64,000 nucleotides of DNA from Obrimoposthia wandeli (lineage: Eukaryota): the NCBI GenBank assembly GCA_977020255.1, contig CDROCS010000555.1, positions 620,001 to 684,000 on the forward strand. The letters run 5' to 3'. The notes beneath the pieces are model-generated. The model saw nothing but the letters and a program-made list of their open reading frames with translations. It searched no databases and was not told the origin of the DNA. Shown piece by piece: positions 23,651 to 36,364 of the stretch (its first letter is position 1; every line of letters starts with the position of its first letter). The position numbers and the translations under genes were made by a program.

Positions 23651-25339
23651 GGCATTATTATTCTCAATAATTATCAGAGTTTAATGAGAAATGAGGATGA
23701 TTAGTGGCTTCAAAGTGTACGACATACGAGGCTCGGTGCATTTATAAAATAAAGCATCTTCTTATTTATTATAATAAACCATCACATTTAACGAAACAAG
23801 GACAAAAATAGTGCAAAATCGCATTCCTTTATTGTAGTCATATATGAGGCCTACCAAGATATTACAGTCATTGCACATATCTGCCAAAGAAAGTTCCAAA
23901 GCGAACATTCGAAACAAGGGGGAATTTTTTTTTAAAAATTCTGCGAATGAATTGTTGGTGAATGGGAAAATGTGTCGGCTACCTGCATTATTAATGACTA
24001 TCAAAAGGATAAGACCATTGATAGTTCAAACAACCATGTTGATGACGATTATGAGATAACGATGAAATGGATATTTGGGGAAACCATCTGCATTTTTAGA
24101 CGTACTGAAGTAATTATACAGATGCGACATAGAGGAAGTTGTTAAAGTCTCATGTGCGTAATCATGTGCACATCACCTATTTAAATATATTTTCAATTTG
24201 AGCTCTGTTTTAATAAAATGAGCGCCACATAGTTTGTATTTTAGGGTAGTTGTATCTGATAAAGCAAATGATACAAGTACTGGAATGTAAGCAAAATTTA
24301 AATGGTTCGGATGTGTGACTTTCTTCAGTGAACTGGTACGATTTAAAAATAACACTTAGTGGAGCATTTTAGTATGCAGAACTGGCTATTTACTTAAATC
24401 AAACATTTACTTAAGGTGCTAAATGCTTCACTCAATGATATTTGATTTATTATATCTCGGTGCTATTTAAAAAATCATTTAAACTGAAAACCAAAGAATA
24501 TTAAAATTAGGTACAAAATAAAAGTTATACGTAAAAAGAACAGGTTAAATTACATTTAAATGACAAATATGAAATAGGTGATAAAACAATCCCGGGCAAA
24601 CGGATTTTAAGGCAAATCAAACTAATTACTTTCATTATAGGTTTGGATACAACATGTTAGTCAACAGACAGCTCCTATATCTGTTTCCATTCCTGTAAAA
24701 TACCATAATTTTTCAAATTTATTTTTCTAAAATTGCTTGTATTAAATGATTTTTTTCCTTATAATTATTTGAAATTAAAATTTATTTCAAGAATAACAGA
24801 AATATATTAGAATAAACCTCATTTTGTATCGGAGATTTTAAAGAAATAATAAGAACATTTTAGGTGGTCAATTTAAGAAGAAAAACGTTTGTAGAAAAAT
24901 GTAGGGAGCCCTAAAATAATTAATTACAATCAAAACTTATTGAGATCATAGACAATCATTGTTCATATTTTTCTAAAAAGTTTCATAAAACAGTTATTTT
25001 AATATGTTTTCTTAAATATGATAAAGATAAGGTAGGCTGACTTATTTACAGTCTACTTTTAAGCAAAATATTGATTTTTTTTGACAACTTACTTCCATAA
25101 AAACATATCTGAAATTGAACATAAATCAATCCAATAAATATTTATCACGAAATATTGTAAAATGCGCTTTTAGTAATGTATACTTACTCAGGTTTTTATT
25201 AAAAGAAACGAGGTGTATAATCCTGATTTTTTTATTCCACAAAAAATAAATTGCATCTTTGAACAATTTATTTGTAATTTTATTTACTAATTAAATTATC
25301 GGATCTAATGAGTGAAATAAGAGCTAGTCGTCGTCATAC

Positions 25340-25643
25340 CTGCATAATGGTCTCTGGTGCCATCCAGCGCAGCGGTAGCCGGTAGCGGTGTATGGCCAAC
25401 TGACCAGGGCACTGCTGCTGCTGCTGCTCAGAGGTCTGGATGTGCCAGGAGATGCACTCGGTATATTGTGCCTGGAATATCTGTGTCGTTATGGCAACAT
25501 CCGTGACTTTGATGCTGGCGGTCTTTTGGTGTGAGGCGATCAGGCAGTTGCGAGTTGCCAGGTCGCGATGCACGATGCCCTGGCACTCCAGGTAGCGCAT
25601 CGCAACTGCGATCTCTCGACAGATGTGCAGCAACCACTGGTGA
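25340..25643 (-). CDS. DDR-like RTK exon f (catalytic loop to APE)
   Basis: HQWLLHICREIAVAMRYLECQGIVHRDLATRNCLI...IKVTDVA...LPLRWMAPE; acceptor ctacag, donor CAG/GTATGA; 304 nt, phase 2 to 0. Confidence 0.9.
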
Positions 25644-25689
25644 CTGTAGAAGATTCAATGTGAGCATATGTCTTTTGTGTTGCTCCCCC

Positions 25690-25830
25690 TTAGTGCTTTG
25701 AGGCATTCGATTACAATCAAAGATGCATCACAATGTTTGTTTCAACCACCTAGAACAGTTGTAATATGTGCTTTGAAGGGGGTTGTTAGCGTCTACTGTC
25801 CCACAGACAGCACGAATTTGGGATTTTAAT
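25690..25830 (-). mobile_element. Tc1/mariner C-terminal fragment
   Basis: decayed LKAxIxxV...C...RxxxC....G pattern. Confidence 0.35.
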
Positions 25831-28558
25831 CAATTTTTTACAATTTATTTATATAATTTTATTCCTATAATTTCCAATTGATCCATACTTACCTCAGAAT
25901 GAACCCAACCGCCTTCAACCTTGTATTTGGGGTTCTGCCTTTCGTGGACAGAAAATTGAAATGTATGCCACACGCCCGCCTTTCAGAAATATGCGTTTTA
26001 AGATGGCTTTGATTCAACAATATTTGCCTTTTTGCTCATCGGGTTTTATTTCGTAGAAGTCACTCCATAAAGTCGAGAATTAACACATAAACATAATACT
26101 GCAACAGGCAACACCGATGAATTTGTAGTATTTAATATATTTTTAACTGTCTTTTAATATTTATATAGTCTTATATTTGTTGAAGTTATACTAAAGAACT
26201 GAATAAGTTTAAATTGATTTGATGTAATTTAATTTTTAGATTTTTTCATTTTACGCAATAATTACATACGTATCCAACAATAAAATGAACAAATACTAAA
26301 AAAAGTATATGAATATAGTTTAAGGCGATTCAAAACGTTTTTATAAATTACATATAATTTGATATGTAACCTTTTTAAATGACCTATAAATACGAACTTA
26401 TTTGGATCCCCATATATATGAAATGAATTACTGATACTCGAGGCGTCACTGGTGATTTGTATTTTTCTAAGTTTCCTGTTTGTTATTCAATTTCAAAGCT
26501 TGAAAAGTAAAATGTTTTAGTTTTTGATAAATATTATTTTTTTTTAAATTAGTTTAATTTTTTTGAATTACTTCAATCAGTTAAATTAGTTCAACAAAAG
26601 TTTTGTTTTGAACTGAAATACGTAAAAAATATATTTAACATAATAATACGGTTAACAAAGTGTAATTTGTTTTTATTGTCATTTATCCATCATAAAAATT
26701 TAAATGTTTTGAGTTTTAGCGAGGTTATATAATACGATGTTTAATCAAATAATAACAACTTCATTTTACTCTGCAACTGGCACGTAAAACTCGTTTACTG
26801 CCAAGGGCCACATTAAGTAAAAAACTTCAAGCCACGGGCTGAATTACAACAAAAAATAGTATTTGTTCAGAGATACATATAAAGTGCGAAAGCTGTTTTT
26901 TCAAATTGAAATTAATTTAATAAAAGTATATAATTTATCTTTAAATTTTGATTAATTTATTAGAGCTGCATTTATTTCTTAAATTGATTGAACATGTTGT
27001 TCTGTTAATCCTTATCTTTCAACAGTTATTTTAGTTTTAGCATTGAAATGATTATTTCCTAATTGCTATCAAAATTCCGGTTTGAATAGTTTTAAATTTG
27101 TCGGAAATATAAAATAGGGAATCTCTTAAGATTTCATCAATGATCCTCCGTGTTTACATACTGTCAAATCCGCTTAAAGCGTATCACATTTCGTACACGA
27201 ACTATTTTTCTTATCTTTCTGCTTACATTTTCTTCATTTATTGTACACTGTATATTAAAATAATTTAAAAATACAATACATATTTTATTTAATAGTTTAA
27301 ATTTCCCATTCGATATCGCTTCTATCATAAGCAAATAATCAATCAAAACAAGCTGGTTGCTACGAGGATTGGATTTTGAGTCGATTCGTTTCTGATTAAT
27401 CTCTAGTCATGACCACGCCCGATTTTATCTTCAACTGTTCTCCTCTGAATATTCTAGTATAGTTTTAATATTTTCCAAATTTGTACAAAGCACTTACAAA
27501 GCGTAAATATAATAACGACTGATACAAAACTATCCCAATTGCATGTAGTAAGTGATTTTGACTAGTAATTCCAGAAGTAGGGAAGAAATAATGATCAATC
27601 AGGACAATAAAATAGCAACAGCGATACATTAGCGTCACATTTTTATGTCTATCACACCAAATCTTGGTGTTTATACATCATTTTTGTCCGATTTAATATA
27701 ATACATAATATGAATGTGATTTTGAAGGTTCAAAGTTTTCTCAGACAACAGACCGATTCGTGAAAGACATTTTGCCCATGCTTATGGACCTCGTAAAAGC
27801 TTTTCTATTTCCTGTCACTATCCCTGTGGAATCAGAGGATGTTGAATGCTTGTTATCTAACTATGTTTTGAAATTGTCACCATTGCGCTTTTCTTTCAAT
27901 GAACTACTTTTTATTTTACAAAAATAGCTAGTAATACTTTTATTGTAAATAAATCTCTATTCTAGGATAATGTTTGTTTGTCTAAAATTGAAACATATAG
28001 TTGCAGCAGAAAGTCCTGATTCCCAACAACATATAGTAAATGTTTTCACACATGTAAACAAGAGCTCAAGTTCTGATCGAGGTATTCAATTTCGTACTCA
28101 ACTTGAAAATGCTTTGCAAACTTTCAGACGACTCTTAGTTTTGAGGAAATGCGTCTTATTCAAGACAATGCAAGACCCATGTATCCAAAGCCACGTTAGT
28201 GTACCCATAAGAAAAGATATTCCGACTCATTAAACAACCAGCAACTTCTTAAGACTGCAACTTTGTCTACCGATACATCTTTGGAAGACTTAGAGTCAAT
28301 GGAATAGGTCAAATGTCGAATAAGACTTTGAACATGCAGTAGTTGCCTCTGTTTACTGATAATAGAATACACAATAGCTTTGCAAAAATTATAGGAAAAC
28401 TTTCCAAAGATTTTTTGATAATATATCAAACATTTTTGTGGCAATAAAAAGTACACAGTTTTTTGCAAAATAACCTATAATTTGAAATTGTTCATTTTTT
28501 CTCTCTAGTGGCTTCACTTAACATATGAATGGATTATTTTATATTCATAGTAGATGAC

Positions 28559-28807
28559 CTTGGGAATTCTGGTTGTGTGGGACAAGAACGATTGCAGTTG
28601 GTCAAGGTCATTGCGGCCTCACGGTCCAGCTGTGGAACCCGGCTTAGGAAGGAATGGAGGTTTTCATAGCCTTCATGGAGCTCGAACAGAAATGAGAGAT
28701 GTGCTTGGAGCCAGGTGCGTCCGGGATCGAGGGTGTAGGCCACAAGTGGCAAAAATGACGGGTGCTGCAGACGACCTAGCACTGACAGCTCCTGGACCAG
28801 CTCCTGT
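28559..28807 (-). CDS. DDR-like RTK exon e (subdomains III-V)
   Basis: acceptor gtacag, donor AG/GTCATC; 249 nt, phase 2 to 2; QELVQELSVLGRLQHPSFL...ENLHSFL. Confidence 0.75.
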
Positions 28808-29609
28808 CTGTACACAACAACTAACAAGTTATCTCTAGGGCAATTATTTTTCATTTATTTGTAAGTTATAAAAAGTTTAAAATTTTCATTGAATTTGTTA
28901 CTACGCTTGTGCTTAAAATCTTTATAAGTGTTTAATGGCATTGTGCTTAAACCATGTAGGTGTGTATTATGACCCTGTGCTTAAAATCTGTTCAAATATT
29001 TATCATGGTTTCTTATACATTCCTTGGTGGATCGTCGTATGATGATCATATTGACACGCGACAATGGATCTTTCAGGGGTTCTTCTCTGATCCACTATCT
29101 CTTCTAAATGTTATATACAGTATTGAAGAATTTTTCATGTGAATCTTACAACCCTTCAAAGGTGGATAGTTCAACGGTTACTATTGGATGTAGTTCTTTC
29201 AAGTTGAATCTTTCAATTTCAAAAATATTTAGTGAATTTTTGAAAAAAACGTGAAAATTCAAAATTTTATATAATACCTGTTGACGTTGTTACTATGCGT
29301 GTATAATGACCTGGTACTTAAATTCTGTAGCTGTAGCTGTATGTACATTGTTCTTAATATTTCAAAATTATGTAAAACTCAAAATTGTTATCAGGCCTCT
29401 TAAAATTATTTTCCCATCATTTTCAATCTGGAGATGACTCTGCTAAAATCGCCCTAGCAGCAAGTTATTAGTTTCTAAAGTTCTTGATTGAAATAAAAAA
29501 GTATATTTCAATAAAACACCTTATCAAAGCGCTTTAACACAGTCATGTGGACAACTCAGCTTATTATGGCTTACATTTAAACATGAATGACTAATTATTA
29601 ATTCAAATC

Positions 29610-30039
29610 ATGTCTATCTATTTTAGTGATTTGAGGTTTTACTGAAAATAATATAGAATTTATAATAACGAAGTTACGTATAATAGATGTGAACAAAATC
29701 TTGAATTCTTAACATTACTTGTTAAAGTGCAGTATGTAAGGGAGTAAAATGAATCTAAAATCCCTAATAATCTTATAAATCATTACCATATATTAAAACT
29801 AGTTGATGGAAGTAGTTTCTTTAACCCACGAAATAAATAAATTATTTAAATATGAATTATCTGAGTTAATTTCTTATGTTATTGATGCAGGCAACGGGTT
29901 TAAAATTGAAGCAATTAAGAAACAATTCCCAGAATTTAGAACCATTAATTACTCTAAAATGGTGAACAGTCTTTCACCTGTCTCATTTAATATAAGTTGT
30001 CCATATAATGATCATGGTCATCAGTGTGCATACATATAA
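29610..30039 (+). pseudogene. isolated Maverick-type DEDD-like exonuclease remnant in an RTK intron
   Basis: SDFEVF...EFII..L.I.D...NLINHYHIL..DG and C-terminal CPYNDHGHQCAY; resembles 17060-17286. Confidence 0.5.
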
Positions 30040-32399
30040 ATGTCTTGCGGCTAGTTTGGATTGCATAAAAGTTATTTAAAAAAGATAATTTAAAATGCAT
30101 TTTAGCTCAATTAAGTTTGCAATTCATTTATCCACTATTTTTATTTTAACTTGAATTAAAAAAGATAAAAATGGTAAGAATTATTTTTTAATGTACATTT
30201 ATTATTATTTAGTGTAACATAAACAAGGTTCAATGTTTAGATATCCGATATAGGAAGGCATAATATCGAGTTTTATTTTATCGAAGTTCTTTGTCTACCC
30301 CCAATGTGATTCAGTTCGAGATCGAGTGGAGAAACATTCTGGATTAACATCAAGAATATCTTGGCTACCTCCAGGCTCGAGAGAAGAAATAGTGTCAGAT
30401 GGATTCAGCTGCACATTGGCGGAAGAAAAATGTTGTGCCCACTTCAGGTGTTACAAAATGAAATTTTATTAAAAGAAAAAGAGGATTAAGGAGAACAATA
30501 GACTTTATCAATTGATATTTCTATTGATCATCTCATGGATTTAGCTTCAAATTTTTTATTTTCAAACTTTCTTAAGGCTGTGTTTGAAACCATTTTCGTT
30601 CATCAAGCCTTTCTGGTGTAAATACATCAGAAGCAAGGCTACATGTACATATAGGCTAGTATGGGCTGCAGCTCAGGGACCTCTAGACAAGAGGGACCAA
30701 ATTATCTAAACTAATCTGGAAGCTCTAATAAAAATGAAGATATGAGAGCTGTTGAGATTTATTTATTTTCAAATTTAATCGTTTTTTAAAACTAATTTGA
30801 CAAATATTAAGGGCCCTCAATTTGTATTAGTTCATATTATAGCTATAAATTGAGCCCAGATTAGGTATAACATATTTAGGAAGTGCATTGGGTTTTAATA
30901 TCAAAACAAGTGTCAATGTTGTACCATCAGCCATCTTTTGTTCAACTGCGGCCACAGTTTATGTCTTCTAATTCATAAAACACCCGACATGAACTCATTT
31001 CAGAACGAGTAGAAAGTGCTCAGTACACATTAGGAACCCTCAATAGCAAACACTAGTCACAATATAAATAAAATCTTAAACATTGATTTAAAAAGAGATA
31101 GAAAATTATTATTATCTTTTACAGAAAAAAATATTGCCGAACTACTTTTCTCTTTTAATCGAACCTAACTTTCCTAGAACCACAGTGAATCAAAAATGAC
31201 CGTTAATTATCAATCAGTAAAGTCCTGCATAAGCAGCCTTATTTCCCTGGAACCCTCAAATATAGCGCTATATTAATGAACCAACCCATGATAAAAGAAA
31301 TTTACTTATTCAAGCGATAAAATGGAATTTTATACATCTAGTTAAAAATAAAAATCCAATTATACCGCTTTTTATTAAATATATTAATAAATAATTTATT
31401 TAATGTTATTTATAATTCAGATCTAATATTTTTCTTTCCATTTAGAATTACACAAAAAATTATCATATTTCAGTTACTATATTGATAAAATTTAGCTTAA
31501 ATCTTTTTGAATTACTTTGACAATTTTTTTTCTTGATATCTTTAAAAATGAATATATTCATATGACATAAATTTATATTTATTTCTTTATTGTCAAAAAG
31601 AAGGTTACTTGGTTTTACAGTTTATTTACAGATCAAAGAGTTTTACAGATAATTCAGAGCTAATCAAATAATCTGTTTCAAAATTTGCCAAATTCATAAA
31701 CCAAAGCAGATAATACAATTTTACTGCTAGGACTCGATAAATTAATAAAATTAGCAACAAAATACAATTTTAAAAATGAGTTAGAAAATTAATACAAACC
31801 AAATTATCAAATTAATTATCTACAAAATCATTATTAAAAAGCTGTGTATTTATCTACACAAAAAAAACTGGTAGTTTAAAAATAATAAATAATATTGTAT
31901 ACAAATTCTTTATTTTGTTATTAACATTTTGAATATATTTGAGAATCCAAACTATACAAAGATGGATTATTAAATACACCTTCGTATCAATTTTTATTGA
32001 ATGTTTTTCACATTCTGTGTTAGAAATAATTCATGTAAATGTCATTTATGTTAATTAAAACGTTAATTAATAAAACTTTATAGATGGATTTTTATAAAAT
32101 AAATGCAGTACATTAATAAACCAAACATGATTTTAAAGTTTAAATAAATTCCAACTGAATAAGGTGTAATTTTTTCAAAGTTTACCTTTTTTACCTTTGG
32201 TCCAAACTTTCATATAGTAAAGGAAGTACATAAAACTTTACAATACAAACATGCACAAACATACATCCAGAGAATTTCCCGTAGTTCCTTAATCGTGATA
32301 GTTAATCTTCTTCAAAGACCTACCATATAGACACTGGCATCCTACGTTGAGAATGACTGTATTAAACCACTTTTTTAATGAATGATCTGGACGAGACTA

Positions 32400-32640
32400 A
32401 TAAAAACTGGGCCATACACACTTTAACTAAATTCTTTAATCTCATTCAAATTCCTTCCGTTATGTCGGTATACAATTCTGCATTTGGGGTACATATGATT
32501 AACCGTGGCATGTTGAAAAGCTTCATTTCTAACCTGACGGCGAAGTCTCCTAATGTCAATAATATTAACGTTGTTTTGGGAAATTAATTCAGGTGGAGAT
32601 GGATGACATCGAACTCTTTTTACATTCATTGATTTCAAAA
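32400..32640 (-). mobile_element. possible Merlin/ISXO2-like transposase fragment
   Basis: FQHATVNH plus downstream NLNEIKE resemble HxTVNH...HTNxIE. Confidence 0.35.
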
Positions 32641-33076
32641 TCAATTTTTACTAACATAATCTTCCTTATAACCCTTAGTGCTATCAATTGGAACATAGCA
32701 AAATAAATCTTCATAATGTAGAAAATACATGTGCAATATATCTCATTTTTATACGGGTGAGTTATTTTATTATTTATACCATATTTCAAAATTTCACTGG
32801 ATTGAATATATTTTTACAAAATTACGTCACTGTTTTAGCATAATTAGTTGTATTTTACATACATTAGAGTCAAAGAAGTATATTTAAGTCTATTTTTCGA
32901 AGTCTATCCATATTCCATATGTAGGCTAGTAAATATTTTAACGATGAAAATTAATCAATCAAGATGTTAAAATTTCTAAAAGCGTGTAAAGTTGTTATAA
33001 ACGAAGAATATGACAAAATTCTTTATATTGAAGGTGATGGATAATCTGGAATAAACAATTTTGCAAAAAATATAAC

Positions 33077-33240
33077 CTGATGTGGCTTGTTACCCTTGAA
33101 TTGAGCGATTTGAAAAGGAAAGTAGCGTGTCTGGGAGCATTGACTTCGGGCTTCCGTTCACCATAAATCATTTTACTATCTGAACTCTGCAGCTTCATAT
33201 CTTCAATTTTAGGACTACCTTGTTTGTTGTCTAAGGATAC
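33077..33240 (-). CDS. DDR-like RTK exon d (beta2-beta3 insert and subdomain II Lys)
   Basis: acceptor ccccttccag, donor AG/GTTATA; 164 nt, phase 0 to 2; ATFLFKSLNSRVTSHIR matches VLVAVKxLxxxAxxxxR. Confidence 0.75.
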
Positions 33241-33649
33241 CTGGAAGGGGAACGCATCATATGAGAGACTTTTTTTTTAAATAATATCTTTTCGACGAGT
33301 ACTAACAGTACAGAGTGAATAAAAACTTTAATACTATAATCCAATAGTCGTTATATTTTCTGGAACATTTGTTTAAGAAAAAAAATGAAAACTCTTTATA
33401 TTTAATATTTATTTTCTTGATTTTCACATAACTTCTCTTTTGTTTGTTGAATATTTTAACTGTTTAAAAACTCTTAAACCATGTATTTTATATTCTACAT
33501 TAATCAATTAAGTAAAATAAAAAATAACCACACATCTTCCTTTTTTATTAAAATATATAACTAAACATTTGTTTAAATAATCAAACATTTGAAATTAAAT
33601 GTTCCATTGCATTTTTCAAATAATTTTAAAAATTGTAATTTTAGTAAGT

Positions 33650-34982
33650 TTTATTGTGCCATATTATTATGTAAACTATTGTTTAGGTTAAAAAATGATA
33701 TTAATAATAAAGAAAAGGATGATATTTTAAAGTTAAAGAGCAAAAAAAATGTACTCTGCAAATTTCGAATATTTTTAAACAAGACCATCGTAGTATCGAA
33801 CGGTAAATAGTGCAACCTGCAAATATCAGATGTAGAACCACTAAATATACGATTAAAGGGGTAACACGAAAAGATATGACAATACTTAAGAAGGAAGTAA
33901 GTAAAGCGCTATTAAGCACGTCAAAGAATATTTTTGAAGCCGCGGGACTATATAGTATTCCAAGATCTACACTATGCGGGGTATTAAGGTCTGTCGGAAC
34001 AGTAGTTAAAGCAAAGAAAATCCTCAGCTTTCGAAGAAACAGAAGTAGCAGAGACTAAATGGGTGTCTTTCGTATGTCAAAACAGATTTTAAAATTTACA
34101 GACGAGTGTAGGGCATCGTTAGATGGCCCTGACGGTTGGGCTAGAGGCTGGATATTAAATGGGGCTGATACACCAAGACATATTAATCGACAACATGGTG
34201 GTGTGATGTAATGATATGGGCGGGAATACTTAATAACACTTTAGTGGGACATTTTAGGATACCCCATGGCATAAAATTAATTCAGAGTCATATACGCAAT
34301 TATGGGATACGTGCTTTATACCTGGGTATAATAGGGAAGAAGATGAGCTTAGAAATAAGCTAATTTTTATGCAGGACAACGAACCAAGTCCTGCATTTAA
34401 ATTTTCTAAAAACTATTTAGAAGATCATGGATTTACGGAGAAAAAATTATGAATTGGCCACCGAATTCCTGTGATTTAATAAATAAAACATACGATAATA
34501 ATAAGCCATTTGCGAATTACAATTAATTATGGAATGCAATTTGCAATGTATCTGCTTCAATTAAACCAAATATAATCGAATCATTAATTTCGTCGATGGA
34601 AGATAGACTGTTTAATGCATTACACAGCAAAGAAAAGCTATATAGGTAAATAAAACGATTTATTATACTTTGTGGATGTGGAATTTATTTGAATTTTATT
34701 ATTAATTTATATATATTAATTGTATATATTTATTTTATTGAAATTTATACCTTTCATATCTTTAAAAACGCTTTATAATATAACATTGCATAATAATTTG
34801 GCACATCAAAATATACTATTTTTACCTTATTAACATTAAAGGAAGACAAAAATTTGTATATTTTTGTATAGAGTGATTACGTAGTTGATTTCACCTATAC
34901 TTTATTACAAATTTTGGCCTTTAAAAAATGACGATATACCATTAAAAAGTTACACTTGCATAATAAGTTGGCACAGGGTATA
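33650..34982 (+). mobile_element. Tc1-like element, decayed, with inner/outer terminal repeats
   Basis: FTDECRASLDGPDGW, FMQDN and NWPPNS motifs; repeat gtgccaaattattatgcaa near 33656 and inverted near 34785 and 34956. Confidence 0.8.
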
Positions 34983-36143
34983 GTTGTCAATTCGCTTTGC
35001 TAATATTATTTAAACGTCTTCAATCATATTTAAATCTGGGGATTTAGTAGGCCATTCCAAAAATCATGGCAATATTTATTATATAATTATTAAATGTATT
35101 ATGCATTTATACATAATAAACATATACAATGTATAAATGTATAATAAACATGTACATATATATATGTCATTATTGAGCTATGCAAACACACCACACAATC
35201 ACACATCCACCAGCATAAAAATAGAGCCGTAGATCCATAAACAACAGTGTATACAATCTATTACATTTATGATTATTATGAATATGCGTGACATAGAAAA
35301 TTTAATTTAAAAAACTGAAGCTAGAAATGACCATATCTCAAATTTCAAAAATATTCAATATATAACAACATAAACTCATACTTCTTTTTAAAACTTTATT
35401 CATAAATTGACAATAACTCTTTGCAGAAAAAAAATTATTCACAAGAAACTTGTACTGAGCAAAGATTAATGTAATCCTAAATATCCATACAGGGTCGCCT
35501 GGATCTTTCCTTGTCACATACTTCAAAATCGTTTGAACTATTTTAATGTATGTATTAATGATATTTTTAGAATGTTTGATTAATTTCCTTATGATATTGA
35601 ATCTCCTTTTCCCAAACAATATATAATCATACGTAAGCCTTATTTTGTTAAATCCATTACAAACTCCAAAATCACATATCGTGTGAAATGATTAAGCTAA
35701 TGAAAATATTTAATTTTTTTCTTTTTTGGTAATAATTATTTTATTTGCCAAATACATTGTATTTTTCGTTATCATACAGAAAGCTTATTATTTTTTCATT
35801 TAGTGCGAAAACTTAAAGTATTTATTCCGTTAACTTTATTTCTCTTTTTGTGTATCAAATTATATATATTTAAAAAGTTGAAACTAAGTTATTCATAAAT
35901 ATATTATTTACAAATAAAAACAGTACTTCATACATCAGCAATATTTTAATTTTAAAAATTTATATCAATCGTTAGTTGCTATTTTTGGCCCGGCCTTGGT
36001 ATTTCGGACCGCTTTCAAAAATTGGTCAATACTCTTTCATGAGATAGTGGTCATTAATATTGTATAAGTTGGTTGAACAGTGTATTACAAGTTTAAATAA
36101 AATGTTAAGAAATTGAGTACGTGAAATAAGGGATAAAAATGAC

Positions 36144-36364
36144 CTTCATGAAGCCAATGGATCCGTTTTGGGCGCAGCCGATCATCGATATCTTATCAAT
36201 TCTTGAAGGGTCGATCTCCGACAGAGCGCTGAGAACAGGACCCAAAGTCATCGAATAGGACGAGAAGGGCAACCCGGATTCGTCCATTCCTCTCCCAGCT
36301 GTGGGAGTCTCGAGGCGATTTCCAGCCGAATCCATCAAAAGCATGGCCGAGCTCCCAAATATAC
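36144..36364 (-). CDS. DDR-like RTK exon c (kinase subdomain I, degenerate Gly loop)
   Basis: acceptor cccag, donor AAG/GTCATT; 221 nt, phase 1 to 0; EIDPSRIDKISMIGCAQNGSIGFMK aligns by eye with EFPRxxLxxxExLGEGQFG. Confidence 0.75.

Noticed and set aside
27970-28233. Gypsy integrase from the SDRGIQF motif
   Set aside because: A single short motif without other catalytic residues; too weak to call.
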